DNA of 64,000 nucleotides from the human T2T-CHM13v2.0 reference genome, Homo sapiens, in the NCBI RefSeq assembly GCF_009914755.1, contig NC_060945.1. One strand, written 5' to 3'. The notes under the pieces are model-generated. The model saw only the letters and a list, made by a program, of their open reading frames with translations, did no database searches and had not been told where the DNA came from. A program made the position numbers and the translations under genes. Position 1 is the first letter of the stretch, and the number at the start of each line of letters is the position of its first letter. Of this stretch, positions 27,001 to 41,400 are shown piece after piece.

Positions 27001-28500
27001 GGAATGGAATAGAATGGTATGGAATGGAATAGAATCAAATGGAATCAACTCGAGGGGAAAGGAATAGATTGGAACGGAATGGAATGGAATGGAAAGGAAT
27101 GGAATGCAACGGAATGCAATGGTATGGAATGGAGTAACCAGGAGAGGAATGGAATGAAATGGAATTGAATGGAATGGAATGAAATGCAATCGAATGGAGT
27201 CGAAAGGAATAAACCCCAGAGGAATGGAATGGAATGGAATGGAATGGAATGGAATGGAATGGAACGGAATGGAATGGAATGGATAGGAATGTAATGTAAT
27301 CTAATCTAATGTAATGGAATGGAAAGGAATGGAATGGAATGCAAAGAACTGGAACGGAATGGAATGGAATGAAATAAAACAGAGTGGAATGGAATGCAAT
27401 GGAATCAACTGGAATGGAATGAAATGGAATGGAATGGAATGGAATGGAATGCAATGGAATGGAATGGAATCAACCCGAGTGGAATGCAATGGAATGGAAA
27501 GGAATGGAATGGAATGGAATGGAATCCACCCTAGTGGAATGGAGTGGAATGGAATGGAACGGCATTGAATGCAGTGGAATCAATTATAATGGAATGGAAT
27601 GGAATGGAACAGAATAAACCTGAGTGTAATGTAATGGAATGGAATGGAATGCATGGAATGCAATCAATGGAAACTAATGGAATGGAATGGAAACAACGCA
27701 AGTGGAATGGAATACAATGGAATGGAACGGAATGGAATGGAATGGAGTTCAACATAATGGAAACAAACCAAGTGGAATGGAATGGAATGGAAAGCACTGA
27801 AATGTAATGGACTGGATTAGAATCAACCAGATTCCAATGCAATGGAATGGAATGGAATGGAAGGGAATGGAATGGGATGCAAAGGAATGGAATGAACTGG
27901 AATGGAATGGAATATAATTGAATGGAATGGAAAGGAATCAACACAAGTGGAGTGGAATGGAATGGAACAGAAATGAATGGAATGTAATGGAATGTAATGG
28001 AATTAACTCGAGGTGAATGGAAAGGAATGGGATGGAATGGAATGGAATAATCCCGAGTGGAATGGAATGGAAAGGAAAGCAAGGAATGGAATGGAATGGA
28101 ATGCATTGGAATCAACTGGAAAGGAATGGAATGCAATGGAATGCATTGGAATCAACTGGAATGGAATGGAATGGAATGGAATCCATCCGGGTTGAATGGA
28201 ATAAAATGGAATGGAGTCGAATGGAACGCAATGGAGTGCAATGGAATGGAATGGAATGGAATGGAATGGAATGGAATCAACACGAATGGAATGGAATGGA
28301 ATGCAATGGAATGGAATGGAACGGAATGATTTGGAAACAACCCTAGTGGAATGGAATGGAATGGAATGGAATGGAATGGAATGGAATGGAAAGTAATGGA
28401 AAGGAATGGAATGGAATCAAACCAAGAGGAATGGAATGGAATGGAATGGAATGGAATGGAATCAACCAGAGTGGAATGGAATGGAATGGAATGGAATGGA

Positions 28501-28600
28501 ATGGAATGGCATGGAATGGAATGGAATGGCATGGAATGGAATGGAATGGCATGGAATGGAATGGAATGGCATGGAATGGAATGGAATGGCATGGAATGGA
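28501..28600 (+). repeat. Perfect 20-bp minisatellite (ATGGAATGGCATGGAATGGA)x5
   Basis: The GGCAT variant occurs at 28508, 28528, 28548, 28568 and 28588, exactly every fourth pentamer. Confidence 0.92.
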
Positions 28601-28614
28601 ATGGAATGGAATAG

Positions 28615-30467
28615 GCCGAGTGGAATGGAATGGAATGGAATACAATGGAATGGAATGGATAGTAATGGAATGGAACAGAATGAAATGGAATAAAATGGAA
28701 TGAACCCAAATAGAATGGAAGGAATCAACCCGAGTGGAATGGAATGGAATGGAATGGAAGGGAATGGAATGGAATGGAATCAAACTGAGTGGAATGTAAT
28801 GGAAGGGAAAAGAATGAAAAGGAATGGAATGGATTGGTATGGAATCAACATTAGTGGAATAGAATGGAATGGACTGGAATGGAACAGAATGGAAAGGAAT
28901 AAAATGGAATAGAATGCAATGGAATCAACAAGAATGAAATGGACTGTAATGGAATGGATTGCAATCAACCCGTGTGGAATGGAATGGAACGGAATGGAAT
29001 GGAATGGAATCAACCCGAGTGGAATGGAAGGGAAAGGAATGGAATGGAATGGAATGGAAGGGAATGGAATGGAATGGAATGGAATCAACCCGAGTGGAAT
29101 GGAATGAAATGGAATGGAATGGAATGGAATGGAATGGAATCAACTCAAGTGGAATGTAATGGAACGAAGTGGAATGGAATGCAACGGTATGGAATGGAAT
29201 AGAATGGAATGGAGGCAACTCAAGGGGAAAGGAATGGAATGGAAAGGAATGGAATGGAATGAATAGGAATGTTATGCAATGGAATGCAATGGTATGGAAT
29301 GGAGTCAAACAGAGAGGAATGTAATGGAATGGAATGGAATGGAATGGAATGGAATGCAATGGAATGGAATGCAATGGAATCAATCGTGTGGAATGGAATG
29401 GAATGGAATGGAATGGAATGGAATGGAATGGAATCAACTCGATTGGAATGGAATGGAATGGAATGGAATGGAATGGAAGGGAATGGAATCAACCCGAGTG
29501 GAATGGATTGGAATGGAGTGGAATGGAATGGAATGGCATCCAATACAATGGAATCAACTAGAATGGAATCCAATAGAATGGAATAGAACGGAATCAACCT
29601 TAGTGGAATGGAATGGAATGGAGTGGAATGAATGGAATGCAATGGAATGGAAACTAATGGAATGGAATTGAAGCAACCCGTGTGGAATATAATGCAATGG
29701 AATGGAATGGAATGGAATGGAATGGAATCAGCCCGAGTGGAATGCAATGGAATGGAATACAATGGAATGGAATGGATAGTAATGGAATGGAACAGAATGA
29801 AATGGAATAAAATGGAATGAACCCAAATAGAATGGAAGGAATCAACCCGAGTGGAATGGAATGAAATGGAATGGAAGGGAATGGAATGGAATGGAATCAA
29901 ACTGAGTGGAATGTAATGGAAGGGAAAATAATGAAAAGGAATGGAATGGATTGGTATGGAATCAACATTAGTGGAATAGAATGGAATGGACTGGAATGGA
30001 ACAGAATGGAAAGGAATAAAATGGAATGGAATGCAATGGAATCAACAAGAATGAAATGGACTGTAATGGAATGAATTAGAATCAACCTGTGTGGAATGGA
30101 ATGGAACGGAAAGGAATGGAATGGAATCAACCCGAGTGGAATGGAAAGGAAAGGAATGGAATGGAATGGAATGGAATGGAATGGAATGGAATGGAATGGA
30201 ATCAACCCGAGTGGAATGGAATGAAATGGAATGGAATGGAATGGAATGGAATGGAATGGAATGGAATGGAATCAACGCAAGTGGAATGTAATGGAACGAA
30301 GTGGAATGGAATGGAACGGTATGGAATGGAATAGAATGGAATGGAGGCAACTCAAGGGGAAAGGAATGGAATGGAAAGGAATGGAATGGAATGAATAGGA
30401 ATGTTATGCAATGGAATGCAATGGTATGGAATGGAGTCAAACAGAGAGGAATGTAATGGAATGGAAG
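28615..30467 (+). repeat. ~720-bp segment duplicated at ~1.12-kb spacing
   Basis: TGAACCCAAATAGAATGGAAGG at 28701/29818 (offset 1117); ORFs starting 28780/29897 are near-identical; GGAGTCAAACAGAGAGG at 29301/30433. Confidence 0.88.
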
Positions 30468-30469
30468 GC

Positions 30470-31170
30470 AATGGAGTGGAATGGAAAGGAATGGAATAGA
30501 ATGGAATCAACCCGAATGGAATGGAATGGAATGGTATGGAATGGAATGCAATGGAATGCAGCGGAATGCTAAGGAATCAACCCAAATGGAATGGAATGGA
30601 ATGGTATGGAATGGAATGCAATGGAATGCAGCGGAATGCCATGGAATCAACCCGAGTGGAATGGAAAAGAATGGAATGAAATGAAATGGAATGGATTCCA
30701 CCCAAGTGGAAAGGAATGGAATGGAATGCAACGGAATCAACCCGAGTGGAATGGAATGGAAAGGAATGGAATGGAATGGAATGGAATGGAATGGAAAGGA
30801 ATGGAATGGAGTCACCAAAGAGGAATGGAATGGAATGGAATCAACCCTAGTGTAATGGAATGGAATGGAATGAAAAGTAATGGAATGGAATGGTATGGAA
30901 TCAAACCGAATGGAATGGTATGGAATGGAACAGAATGGAACGGAATGGACTGGAATAAAATGTTATGGAATGGAATGGAATCAACCAGACGGAAATAGAA
31001 AGGAATGTAATAGAATGGAATAAACCCGAGTGGAATAGAATGGAATGGAATGGAATGGAATGGAATGCCATGGAATGGAATGGAATGGAATCAACCCGAG
31101 TGGAATGGAATGGAAAGGAATGGAACGGAATGGGATGCAGTGGAATGGAATGGAATGGAATGGAATCAAC
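30470..31170 (+). repeat. ~700-bp block paralogous to ~17900-18550
   Basis: ATGCAGCGGAATGC 17991/30626; GATTCCACCCAAGTG ~18059/30694; CAACCCTAGTGTAATGG..TGAAAAGTAA 18203/30842. Offset ~12.6 kb. Confidence 0.8.
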
Positions 31171-31689
31171 CCGAGTGGAATGGAATGGAATGGAATGGAA
31201 TGGAATCAACCCGAGTGGAATGGAAAGGAATGAAATGGAATGGAATGGAATGGAAAGGAATGGAGTGGAATCAACCAAAGAGGAATGGAATGGAATGTAA
31301 TGGAATGGAATGGAATGGAATGGAATGGAATGGAATGGAATGGATTGGAATGGAATGGAATTGAATGGAATGGAATCAACCAGAGTGGAATGGAGCGGAA
31401 TGGAATGGAATGGAATGGAATGGAATGGAATGGAATGGAATGGAATGGAATCAACCCGAGTGGAATTGAATGGAATGGAATGGAATGGAATCAACCCGAG
31501 TGGAATGGAAAGGAATGGAATGGAATGGAATGGAATGGAAAGGAATGGAGTGGAATCAACCCTAGAGGAATGGAATGGAATGGAATGGAATGGATTGGAA
31601 TGGAATGGAATCGAATGGAATGGAATCAACCAGAGTGGAATGGAGCGGAATGGAATGGAATGGAATGGAATGGAATGGAATGGGATGGA

Positions 31690-32700
31690 ATGGAAATGAC
31701 TCAACCCGAGTGGAATGGAATGGAATGCAATGGAATGGAATGGAAAGCTATGGAATGGAAGAGAATGGAATGGAATCAACTCGAGGGTAAAGGAATGGAA
31801 TGGAAACGAATGGAATGGAATGGATAGGAATGGAATGCAATAGAATGTGATGGTATGGAATGGAGTCAAACCGAAAGGAAAGTAATGGAATGAAATTGAA
31901 TAGAATGGAAAGGAATGCAATGGAATGGAGTTGAATGGAATAAAACCCAGAGGAACGGAATGGAATGGAATGGATAGGAATGGAATGCAATGGAATGGAA
32001 TGAATTGGAATGGAATGGAATGAAATGGAATGGAATGAAATCAAACAGAGTGGAATGGAATGGAATGAAATGGAATGGAATGGAATTTATTGGAATGGAA
32101 TCAATTGGAATGGAATGAAATGGAATGGAATGGAATGCAATGGAATGGAATGGAATCAACCCGAGTGGAATGGAATGCAATGGAATGCTATGGAATGGAA
32201 TGGAATGGAATTCAACTTAATGGAAACAAACCGAGTGGAATAGAATGGAACGGAAAGGACTGACATGTAATGGAATGGCTTGGAATCAACACGATAACAA
32301 TGCAACGGAATGGAATGGAATTGAATGGAATGCAATGGAATGGAATGGAATGGAATCAACCCGAGTGGAATGGAATGCAATGGAATGCTATGGAATGGAA
32401 TGGAATGGAATGGAATTCAACTTAATGGAAACAAACCGAGTGGAATGGAATGGAACGGAAAGGACTGACATGTAATGGAATGGATTGGAATCAACACGAT
32501 AACAATGCAACGGAATGGAATGGAATTGAATGGAATGCAATGGAATGGAATGGAAGGGAATGGAATGGAATGCAAAGGAATAGAATGTACTGGAATGCAA
32601 TGGAATGGAATGGAATATAATTGAACTGAAAGCAATGGAATGGAATGGAATGGAATGGAATGGAATGGAATGAACCCGAATGGAGTGGAATGGAATGGAA
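31690..32700 (+). repeat. ~1-kb block paralogous to ~43490-44290, containing a 200-205-bp tandem duplication (~32140-32550)
   Basis: GAGGGTAAAGG ~31783/43581; GAATTTATTGG ~32083/43856; GGAAAGGACTGACATGTAATGG at ~32252 and 32457 versus a single copy at ~44040; TTCAACTTAATGG at 32211/32416. Confidence 0.85.
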
Positions 32701-35700
32701 TGGAATGGAATGGAATGGAACAGAATGGAATGAACCCGATTGGAATGCATTGGAATGGAATGGAAAGGAAAGGAATGGAATGGAATGGAATGGAATTGAA
32801 TGAACACAAGTGGAAATCGAATGGAATGGAATGGAATGGATTGGAATGGAATGGAATCGAATCAACCCGAGTGGAATAGAATGGAATTGAATGGAGTGGA
32901 ATGGAATGGAATTGAATCTAATAGAATGTAGTGGAATGGAAGGCGAAGGAATTGAATGGAATGGTATGGAATGGAATGGAATGGGATGGAAAAGAATGGG
33001 AAGGAAACAACCCGAATGAAATGGTGTGGAATGGAATGGAATCAACCCGAGTGGAATGGAATGGAATGAAATGCAATCAATCCGAATGGAATGGAATGGA
33101 ATGGAATGGAATGCTATGGAATCAAACAGAGAGGAATGGAAATGAATGGACTGGAATGGAATGGAATGGAATAGAATGGAATGGAAAAGAATTGAATGGA
33201 ATGGAAATACCCCGAGTGGAATGGAATGCAATGGAATGGAATGGAATGGAATTGAATGGAAAGTAATGGAATTCAACGGAATGCAATTAACTCACGTGGA
33301 ATGGATTGGAAAGGAATGAAATGCAATGGAATGGAAACAAAATCAACGGAATGGAATCAAAGAGTATGGAATGGAATGGAATGGAATGGGATGGAATGGA
33401 ATGGAATGGAATCAACCCGAGTGAAATGGAATAGAATAGAATTGAATGGAATCAACCTGAGTGGAACGGAATTGAATGGAAAGGAATGGAATGGAATCAA
33501 CCTGAGTGGAATGGAATGGAATGGAAAGGAATGGAATGGAATCAACCTGACTGGGATGGAATGGAATGTAAAGGAATGAATGGAATTGAATGGAATGGAA
33601 TGGTATGGAGTCAACCCGAGTGGAATGGAATGGAATGGAATGGAATGGAATACAATGGTATGGAATCAATCCGAGAGGAATAGAATGGAATGGAATGGAA
33701 TCAACCAGACAGGAATGGCACGGAATGGAATGGAATGGAATAGAACGGAATGGAATGGAACGGAAAGGAATGGAATGGAATTGATTGGAATCAACCAGAG
33801 TGGAATGTAATGGAACGAAATGCAATTGAATGGAATGGAATGTAACGGAACTGAATTGAAAGGAATTGAATGGAAAGAAACCGAATGGAATGGATTGGAA
33901 GGGAATGCAAAGTAATGGAATCAACCAGAATGGAATGGAATGGAATGGAGTGGAGTGGAATGGAATGGAATGGAATGGTATGGAATGGAATGGAATGGAA
34001 TGGAATCTACCCAAATGGAATGGAATTGAATGGAATGGAATGGAATGGCATGGAATGGTATGGAATCAACCCGAGTGGATTGGTATGGAACGGCAATGAA
34101 TGAAACGGAATTGAATGGAATAAAATGGAATGGAATGGAATGGAATCAACACGAGTGAAATGGAATGGCATGGAATGGAATGGCTTCAACAAGAGTGGAA
34201 TGGAATGAAATGGAATGGAAGGAAATTTAATGGAATGGATTCAACCTGAGTGGAAAGGAGGAAAATGGAATGGAATGTAATCAACCTGAGTGGAATGGAA
34301 TGGAATGCAATGCAATGGAATAGAATGGAATGGAAGACAGTGGAATCACCTGGAATGGAATGGAATGGAATGGAATGGAATGGAATCATTCCTTGTGTAA
34401 TGGAATGGAATGTAAAGGAGTGGAATGTAATGGAATGGTGTGGAATGGAATGGAATGGAATGGAATGGAATCAAACCGAATGGAATGGAACGGAATGCAA
34501 TGGAATTGAATTTAATGGAAAGGAATGGAATCAACCAGAAGGGAATGGTATGGAATTCAACGGAATGGAATGGAACGGAATGCTAAGGAAACAAACCGAG
34601 TGTAATGGAAAAGAATGGAATGGAATGGAATGGAATGGAATGGAATGGAATGGAATGGAGTGGAATGGAATCAAACCAATTGGAATGGAATGGAATGGAA
34701 TGCAACGGAATAAACCGGAGTGGAATGGAATGGAAAGGAATGGAATGGAATGGTATGGAATCAACCGAGTGTAATGGAATGGAATGTAATGGAAGGGAAT
34801 GGAATCAACCCGAATGTAATGGAACGGAAAGGAATGGAATGGAATGGAATGGAATCAACCCGAGTGGAATGCAAAGGAATGGAATGGAACGGAACGGAAC
34901 GGAACGGAATGGAATGGAAAGGAGTGGAATCAACCCCAGTGGAATGAAATGGAATGGAATGGAATGCAATGGAATGGAATCTAATGGTATCAACCCGAGT
35001 GGAAGGGAATGGAATGGATTGGAATGGAATGGAATGCTATGGAATCTACCCTGGGGGAATGGTATGGAATGGAATGGAATGGAATGGAATGGAATGGAAC
35101 GGAATAGAATAAAATGGAAAGGAATTGAGTTTAAGCAACCCGAGTGAAATAGAATGGAATGGAATCGCATCGAATGGGATGGGATGAAATCAACCCGAGA
35201 GGAATGGAATGGAAAGCAAAGAATCAATCGGAGGGGAATGCAATGTAATTTAATGGAATGAAACGGAATGGAATCAACCCGAGTGGAGTGGAATAAAATG
35301 GAATGGAATGGAATGGAATCAACCCGAGTGGAACGGAATGGAATGGAATGGAATGGAATCAAACCGACTGGAATGAAATGGAGTGGAATGCAATGGAATG
35401 GAATGGAGTGGTATGGAATCAACCCGAGTGGAATAGTATGGAATGGAATGGAATGGAACGAAATGGAATGGAAAAAAATGGAATGGAATGGAATGGAATC
35501 AACCCAAGTGAAATGGAATGGAAAGGAATGGAATGGAATCAACCCAAGTGAAATGGAATGGAAAGGAATGGAATGGAATCAACCAGAGTGGAATGGAATG
35601 GAATGGAATGAAAGGGAATGGAATGTAAAGGAATCAACCTGTGTGGAATGGAATGGAAGGGAATGGAATGGAATGAAATGGAATATAATGGAATGGAATG

Positions 35701-38429
35701 GAATCATCCCGGGTTGAAAGGAATGTTATGGAATGCAACGGAACGGAATGGAACACAACGGAATGGAATGCAACGGAATAGATTGAATCAGAGAGGAATT
35801 GAATGGAGAGGAATGGATTGGAATGGAATGCAATGGATTCAACCCTAGTTGAATGTCATGGATTGGAAAGGAATGGAATGGAATGGAATGGAATGGAATG
35901 GAATGGAATGGAATGGAGTGGAATGGAATGGAGTGGAATCAACACGAATGGAATGGAACGGAATGGAATGGAATGTAATGGAATGAAATGGAATGGAATG
36001 GAATGGAAACAACACGAATAGAATGGAACGGAATGGAATGGAATGCTGTGGAATGGAAAGGATTGGAATGAAATAAACACGAATAGAATGGAACGGAATG
36101 GAATGGAACGGAATGGAATGGAATGGAAAGGAATGGAGTGAAATGGAAAGGAACGGAATGGAATTAACCCGAGTGGAATTGAATGGAATGGAAAGGAATA
36201 AACACGAGTGGAATGAAACGGAATGTAATGCAATGGAACGGAGCGGAATCATTCTGAGTGGAATGGAATGCAATGGAATGGCATGGAATGGAATGGAATG
36301 GAATGGAATGGAATGGAGTGGAGTGGAATGCAATGCAATGGAATGGAATGGAATGGAATCAACCCGAATGGAATGGAATGGAGTGGAATGGAATCAACAC
36401 GAATGGAATGGAATGGCATGGAATGGAATGGAATGGAATGGAATCAACCAGACTGGAATGGAGTGGAATGGAGTTTAATGGAATGGAATGGAATAGAATG
36501 GTATGGAATCAACACGAGAGGAATGGTATGGAATGGAATGGAATGGAACGGAATGGAATGGAATAAAATGGAATGGAATGGAATGGAATCAACCAGAGTG
36601 GAATGGAATGGAACGGAGTAGAATGCAATGGAATGGAATGGAATGCAATGAAATGGAAAGGAACGGAATGGAATCAACCCGAGTGGAATGGAAAGGAATG
36701 GAATGGAATCAACCCGAGTGGAATGGAATGGAATGGAATAGAATGGAATGGAATGGAATGTAACGGAATATAATGGAATGGAATTGAATCATCCCCAGTG
36801 GAATGGAATGCAATGGAATCAACAAGATTGAAATGGAGTGTAATGGACTGGAATGGAATCAACCCGAGTGGAATGCAATGGAATGGAACGGAAAGGAATG
36901 GCATGGAATGGAATGGAATGGAATCAGCCCGAGTAGAATGGAATGGAATGGAATGCAATGGAATGGAATGGATAGTAATGGAACGGAACAGAATGGAATG
37001 GAATATAATGGAATGAACCCGAATGGAACGGAAGGAATGAACCCGAGTGGAATGGAATTGCATGGAATGGATTGGAATGGAATGGATTGGAATCAACCCG
37101 AGTGGAATGGAATGGAATAGAATGGAGTGGAATGGAATGGAATGGAATGGAATGGAATGGAATGGAATGGAATGGAATAGAATGGAATGGAATGAAATGG
37201 AATCAACCAGAATGGAATGGAATGGAATGGAATGGAATGGAAGGGAATGGAGTGAAATCGAGTGGAATCAATACGAGTGGAATGGAATGGAATGGAATGG
37301 AAGGGAATGGAATGGAATGGAATCAAACCGAGTGGAATGGAAAGGAATGGAATGGAAAGGAACGGAAAGGAATGGAAAGGAATGGAATGGATTGGTATGG
37401 AATCAACATTAGTGGAATAGAATGGAATGGAATGGAATGGAACAGAGTGGAATGGAATATAATGGAATGGAATGCAATGGAATCAACAAGAATGAAATGG
37501 AGTGTAATGGAATGGAATGGATTCAACCCGAGTGGAATGGAATGGAATCAACCCGAGTGGAATGGAATGTAATGGAATGGAATCAACCCGAGTGGAATCG
37601 AATGGAATGCAATGGAATGGAATGGAACGTTATGGAATGGAATAGATTGGAATGGAATCAACTTGAGGGGAAAGGAATGGAATGGATAGGAATGGAATGG
37701 AATGGATAGGAATGGAATGCAATGGAATGCAATGGTATAGAATGGAGTCAAACCGAGAGGAATGTAATGGAATGGAATTGAATGGAATGCAATGGAATGG
37801 AATGGAAACAACCCGAGTGGAATGGAATGCAATGGAATGCAATGGAATAGAATTCAACGTAATGGAAACAACCCGAGTGGAATAGAATGGAATGGAAAGG
37901 AATGAAATATAATGGAATGGATTGGAATCAACCCGAATCCAATGCAAGGGAATGGAATGGAAAGCAAAGCAACGGAATGGAATGGAAGGGAATGGAATGG
38001 AATGGAAAGGAATGGAATGGAATAAACAATAGTGGAATGATATGGAATGGAATGGAAAGGAATGGAATGGAATGGAATGTAATGGTATGGAATCAACCCG
38101 AGGGGAATGGTATGGAATGGAATGTATTGGAACGGAATGGAATGGAATAAAATGCACTGGAATGGAATGGAATCAACCCGAGAGAAGAGGAAGGGAATGG
38201 AATGGAATGGAATCACCACGAGGGGAATGGAATGGAATGGAATGGAATGGGATCGAATGGAATTGAATGGAATCACCCTGAGTGTAATGGAAGGGAATTG
38301 AATGGATTGGAATCAACGGGAGTGGAATGGAAAGGAATGGAATGGAATGGAATGGAATGGAATGGAATGGAATGAACGAAATCAACCTCAGTGGAATGGA
38401 ATGGAATGGAATGGAGTGGAATAGAATGG

Positions 38430-41400
38430 AATGGACAATAATTGAATGGAATGGAAACACCCCGAGTGGAATGGAACGCAATGGAATGGAATGGAATGGA
38501 AAGTAATGGAATTCAACGGAATGGAACTAACTCGAGTGGAATGGAATGGAATGGAATGGAATGGAATGGAATGGAAACAAACTCAACGGAATGCAATCAA
38601 ACAGAATGGAATAGAATGGAATGGAATGGAATGGGATGGAATGGAATAGAATGGAATGGAATCAACCCGAATGAAATGAAATGGAATGGAATGGAATGGA
38701 ATCAACCTGAGTGGAATGGAATGGAATGGAATGGAAACGAATGGAATGTAATCAACCAGACTGGAATGGAAAGGAATGTAAAGGAATGAATGGAATTGAA
38801 TGGAATGGAATGGTATGAACACAACCCGAGTGGAATAGAATGGAATGGAATGGAATGAAATAGAATGGAATGGAACGGAATCAACCGGAGAGGAATGGAA
38901 TGGAATGAAATGGAAACAACCAGACTGGAATGGAACGGAACGGAATGCAATGGAATAGAACGGAATGGAATGGAACGGAACGAAATGGAATGGAATGGAA
39001 TGGAATCAACCCGACTAGAATGGAATGGAACGGAATGAAATGAAGTGGAATGGAATGTAACGGAACGGAATTGAAATGAATGGAATGGAATGAAACCGAA
39101 TGGAATGGATTGGAATGGATTGGAAGGGAATGCAATGCAATGGAATCAACCCGAATGGAATGGAGTGGAAAGGAATGGAGTGGAATGTTATGGAATGGAA
39201 TGGAATGGAATGGAATGGAATGGAATAAACCCGAGCGGAATGGAATTGAATGGAAGGCAATGGAATGGAATGGAATGGAATGGAATGGAATGCATTGGAA
39301 TCAACTGGAATGGAATGGAATGGAATGGAATGGAATGGAATGGAATCAATCCGGGTTGAATGGAATGGAATGGAATGGAGTCAAATGTAACGCAATGGAG
39401 TGGAATTGAATGGAATGGAATCAACCCGAATGAAATGGATTAGATTGGAATGCAATGGAATCAACCTGAGTGGAAAAGAATGGAATGGAATAGAATGGAA
39501 TGGAATGGAATGGAATAGAATGGAATTGAATGGAATGGAATTTAATGGAATGGAATGGAATGGAATGGAATCAAGCCGAATGGAAAGGAAAGGAATGGAA
39601 TGGAATGGAATGGAATGGAATGGAATGGAGTGAAATGGAATGCAATCAACACGATTGGAATGGAATGGAATGGAATGGAAGGGAATTGAATGGAATGGAA
39701 TCAAACCGAGTGGAATGGAATGGAATGAAATGGAAAGGAATTGAAAGGAATGGAAAGGAAAGGAATATACTGGTGTGGAATCAACAGTAGAGGAATGGAA
39801 TGGAACGGAATGCAATGGAATGGAACAGAATGGAATGGAAAGGAATGGAATGGAATCAACCCGAATTAAATGGAGTGGAATGGAATGGAATGGAATCAAC
39901 CCGAGTGGAATGGAATTGATTGGAATGGAATGGAATGGAATGGAATGGAATGGAATGGAATGGAATGGGATGGAATGGAATGGGATGGAATGGAATGGAA
40001 TCAAACCGAATTAAATGGAGTGGAATGGAATGGAACGGAATCAACCCGAGTGGAATGGAATTGAATGGAATGGAATGGAATGGAATGGAATGGAATGGAC
40101 AAGAATTGAATGGAATGGAAACACCCCGAGTGGAATGGAACGCAATGGAATGGAATGGAATGGAAAGTAATGGAATTCAACGGAATGGAACTAACTCGAG
40201 TGGAATGGAATGGAATGGAATGGAATGGAATGGAATGGAAACAAACTCAACGGAATGCAATCAAACAGAATGGAATGGAATGGAATGGAATGGAATGGGA
40301 TGGAATGGAATAGAATGGAATGGAATCAACCCGAATGAAATGAAATGGAATGGAATGGAATGGAATCAACCTGAGTGGAATGGAATGGAATGGAATGGAA
40401 AGGAATGGAATGTAATCAACCAGACTGGAATGGAAAGGAATGTAAAGGAATGAATGGAATTGAATGGAATGGAATGGTATGAACACAACCCGAGTGGAAT
40501 AGAATGGAATGGAATGGAATGAAATAGAATGGAATGGAACGGAATCAACCCGAGAGGAATGGAATGGAATGAAATGGAAACAACCAGACTGGAATGGAAC
40601 GGAACGGAATGCAATGGAATAGAACGGAATGGAATGGAACGGAACGAAATGGAATGGAATGGAATGGAATCAACCCGACTAGAATGGAATGGAACGGAAT
40701 GAAATGAAGTGGAATGGAATGTAACGGAACGGAATTGAAATGAATGGAATGGAATGAAACCGAATGGAATGGACTGGAATGGATTGGAAGGGAATGCAAT
40801 GCAATGGAATCAACCCGAATGGAATGCAGTGGAAAGGAATGGAGTGGAATTTTATGGAATGGAATGGAATGGAATGGAATGGAATGGAATGGAATGGAAT
40901 GGAATGGAATGGAATAAACCCGAGCGGAATGGAATTGAATGGAAGGCAATGGAATGGAATGGAATGGAATGGAATGGAATGCATTGGAATCAACTGGAAT
41001 GGAATGGAATGGAATGGAATGGAATGGAATTGAATCAATCCGGGTTTAATGGAATGGAATGGAATGGAGTCAAATGTAACGCAATGGAGTGGAATTGAAT
41101 GGAATGGAATCAACCCGAATGGAATGGATTAGATTGGAATGCAATGGAATCAACCTGAGTGGAAAAGAATGGAATTGAATAGAATGGAATGGAATGGAAT
41201 GGAATCAAGCGGAATGGAAAGGAAAGGAATGGAATGGAATGGAATGGAATGGAATGGAATGGAATGGAATGGAATGGAATGGAGTGAAATGGAATGGAAT
41301 CAACACGATTGGAATGGAATGGAATGGAATGGAAGGGAATTGAATGGAATGGAATCAAACCGAGTGGAATGGAATGGAATGGAATGGAAAGGAATTGAAA

